This document shows positions 22,586 through 24,000 of a stretch of DNA of 24,000 nt, piece after piece. The DNA is taken from contig NZ_CP107551.1 in NCBI RefSeq assembly GCF_025837095.1, positions 950,352-974,351 of the forward strand. The letters run 5' to 3'. Source of the DNA: Rhodococcus sacchari. GTDB lineage: Bacteria > Actinomycetota > Actinomycetes > Mycobacteriales > Mycobacteriaceae. The notes beneath the pieces are model-generated. The model did not search any database, was not told the origin of the DNA, and saw only the letters and a program-made list of their open reading frames with translations. Within the stretch, counting starts at the first letter, position 1, and every line of letters begins with the position of its first letter. A program made the position numbers and the translations under genes.

Positions 22586-23029
22586 ATGCTCAAAGGTTTC
22601 AAGGACTTCCTGCTGCGCGGAAACGTGGTCGAGCTCGCGGTGGCCGTCGTGGTCGGCGCGGCGTTCACCGCCATCGTCACGGCGTTCACCGATCACATCG
22701 TCAATCCGCTCGTCGCGGTCGTCGGCGGGAACAACGAGTTGGGCTTCGGCTTCCGCCTGATCTCCTCGAACGACGCCACCTTCGTCAACCTCGGTGCGGT
22801 GATCTCGGCGGCGATCAACTTCTTCATCATCGCCGCGGTCGTGTACTTCGTGCTGATCGTGCCGGTCAACGCCGCCAAGGCCCGGTTCGCGCCGGAGAAG
22901 GAGCCGGAGGACGAGCCGCTGAGCGAGACCGATCTGCTCATCCAGATCCGCGACCTCCTCGAGAAGGGCTCCTACAACCACGCTCCGGCCGAAGCGCCGG
23001 ATGCGCCTGTCAGCGCCTCCGAACGCTGA
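22586..23029 (+). CDS. mscL: large-conductance mechanosensitive channel MscL (copy 2; 147 aa)
   Basis: ORF track 22586..23029, with a GGAG 5 nt upstream. The protein reads MLKGFKDFLLRGNVVELAVAVVVGAAFTAIVTAFTDHIVNPLV...INFFIIAAVVYFVLIVPVNAAKARF... It has the same architecture as copy 1, but a different loop and C-terminal tail and many synonymous differences. Confidence 0.95.
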   Translation: MLKGFKDFLLRGNVVELAVAVVVGAAFTAIVTAFTDHIVNPLVAVVGGNNELGFGFRLISSNDATFVNLGAVISAAINFFIIAAVVYFVLIVPVNAAKARFAPEKEPEDEPLSETDLLIQIRDLLEKGSYNHAPAEAPDAPVSASER

Positions 23030-23041
23030 TAACCTGCGAAG

Positions 23042-23404
23042 ATGCTCGACATCACCATCGACCCGGACTCGCCCGTCCCGCCGTTCGAGCAGCTGCGGCG
23101 CCGGATCGTCGACCTCGTGCACGATGGTGAACTGATCGCGGGAACCAAGCTGCCCACCGTCCGGGGCCTCGCGGACACCCTCGGCATCGCTCCCAACACC
23201 GTCGCCAAGACGTACCGGGAACTGGAGAAGCTGGGAGTCCTCGAGGCCCACGGGCGGGCCGGGACGTTCGTCGCCGACACCGGCGACCCGACCCGCACCC
23301 GCGCCCAGCAGGCGACGAGCGCGTACGTCGGGGAGGTGCGGGCGCTGGGCATGTCGGACGACGAGATCCTCGAGTTCGTCGCCGCGGCGCTACGGGCCGG
23401 CTGA
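23042..23404 (+). CDS. small GntR-family transcriptional regulator (YtrA-like short form, 120 aa)
   Basis: ORF track 23042..23404, 12 nt after mscL copy 2. The winged-HTH signature is PPFEQLRRRIVDLVHDGELIAGTKLPTVRGLADTLGIAPNTVAKTYRELEKLGVLEAHGRAGTFV. Only about 45 residues follow the DNA-binding domain. Confidence 0.88.
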   Translation: MLDITIDPDSPVPPFEQLRRRIVDLVHDGELIAGTKLPTVRGLADTLGIAPNTVAKTYRELEKLGVLEAHGRAGTFVADTGDPTRTRAQQATSAYVGEVRALGMSDDEILEFVAAALRAG

Positions 23405-23454
23405 GGCGCCGTACGGGTATCACCTTCCTCACATCGCGGGGCCGATTCCGCAGG

Positions 23455-23468
23455 GCACACCGGTGTGC
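23455..23468. promoter_or_regulatory. perfect 14-bp palindrome GCACACCGGTGTGC, candidate GntR operator upstream of the BCCT transporter
   Basis: The sequence is its own reverse complement and has a GT-Nx-AC type core. It is flanked by direct GCCGATTC repeats (23441-23448 and 23493-23500). It lies 70-83 nt upstream of the BCCT start and 51 nt downstream of the gntR stop. Confidence 0.45.
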
Positions 23469-23537
23469 GGGTGATCCGACCCCGCTCGGTTCGCCGATTC
23501 GGCTCCGAGTGCGGTCGAAACTTGCAAGGTTTGACCC

Positions 23538-24000
23538 ATGAATGTACCTGCCGATCGGCCCGGGGCCGGAACCGTTCCGGACACCGGTGCACCTGTGGTT
23601 CCCGAACCTCCGACCCCGGCCGCACAGACGGATCGCGTCGTCTTCGGTGTCGCCGCCGCGGCTGTCGCAGCGATCGTGGTGTGGGGACTGACGGCGACCG
23701 ACAACTTCGGGTCGGTCACCGGCGCAATCCTCGAGTGGATCGTCGACGAACTCGGCTGGTTGTTCGTGATCACCGCCAGCGGATTCGTGTTCTTCGCGCT
23801 GTGGCTGGCCGTCAGCCGCTACGGCCGCATCCCGCTGGGCAAGGACGGCGAGCAGCCCGAGTTCCGGACCGTCAGCTGGATCTCGATGATGTTCGCGGCC
23901 GGTATGGGCATCGGCCTGATGTTCTTCGGTGTCGCCGAACCGCTGTCGCACTACGTCGACCCGCCACCCGGCACCAACGGCGGAACCGGTGTCGCCATGG
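23538..24000 (+). CDS. BCCT-family (betaine/carnitine/choline) transporter, N-terminal 154 codons; continues beyond the right window edge
   Basis: The ORF is open at the window edge, so it is absent from the track. My translation from ATG 23538 (an in-frame TGA lies at 23532-23534) reads MNVPADRPGAGTVPDTGAPVVPEPPTPAAQTDRVVFGVAAAAVAAIVVWGL...GWLFVITASGFVFFALWLAVSRYGRIPLGKDGEQPEFRTVSWISMMFAAGMGIGLMFFGVAEPLSHY... The SWISMMFAAGMGIGLMFFGVAEPL segment is the conserved BCCT TM region. Confidence 0.88.
   Translation, partial: MNVPADRPGAGTVPDTGAPVVPEPPTPAAQTDRVVFGVAAAAVAAIVVWGLTATDNFGSVTGAILEWIVDELGWLFVITASGFVFFALWLAVSRYGRIPLGKDGEQPEFRTVSWISMMFAAGMGIGLMFFGVAEPLSHYVDPPPGTNGGTGVAM

Noticed and set aside
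1-24000. A search of the whole window for CRISPR arrays, insertion sequences, toxin-antitoxin pairs, restriction-modification systems or other defence systems, prophage genes, and known riboswitches.
   Set aside because: There are no regularly spaced repeats beyond a two-copy 18-mer. No transposase, integrase or nuclease-like ORFs are present, and no small adjacent ORF pairs. No spacer resembles a riboswitch class that I can recognise by eye. The gene content and order are those of a conserved Mycobacteriales core region.

Overview
This is a high-GC actinobacterial chromosome segment from the Mycobacteriales. It looks Rhodococcus-, Nocardia- or Gordonia-like, but the genus cannot be fixed from the sequence alone. 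I call 29 protein-coding genes (two cut by the window edges), one tRNA-Ala(CGC), several stem-loop terminators and a few candidate operator or promoter elements.

The central block is a conserved core region. As I recall, its order matches M. tuberculosis Rv0981-Rv1001: mprA-mprB-pepD-moaB2, mscL, SAF protein, Rv0991c-like zinc ribbon, 5-formyl-THF cyclo-ligase, galU, moeA1, rimJ, Rv0996-like membrane protein, then arcA.

The left flank carries an alpha/beta hydrolase, a DUF4126-like membrane protein, a ChlI-like AAA+ ATPase with a VWA partner, an MFS transporter, a lipoprotein, an AEC transporter and a cysteine-free S18 paralogue. The right flank carries an SDR, a nitrobindin-like protein, arsC, a second mscL, a small GntR regulator and a BCCT transporter.

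I found no mobile element, integrase, CRISPR array, toxin-antitoxin pair or recognisable defence system. This looks like an ordinary core region, not an accessory island.

The observations most worth a second look are:
- Two diverged mscL copies in inverted orientation about 9.7 kb apart. The second is fused into an apparent mscL-gntR-BCCT osmoadaptation module with a perfect 14-bp palindrome.
- The moeA(glp)-rimJ-membrane protein arrangement, preceded by an unusually AT-rich, repeat-laden 259-bp spacer.
- MprA-box-like direct repeats with identical geometry upstream of mprA and pepD.
- An ECF-type GGAAC-N18-GTT motif aimed at the Cys-less S18 gene.
- An 18-bp tandem repeat upstream of arcA.
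- A strand-biased CGATTC motif enriched in the spacers.
- -10 hexamers 6-7 nt upstream of many start codons, which suggests widespread leaderless transcription.

All functional calls rest on my own reading of motifs and on remembered family features. No database search was run.
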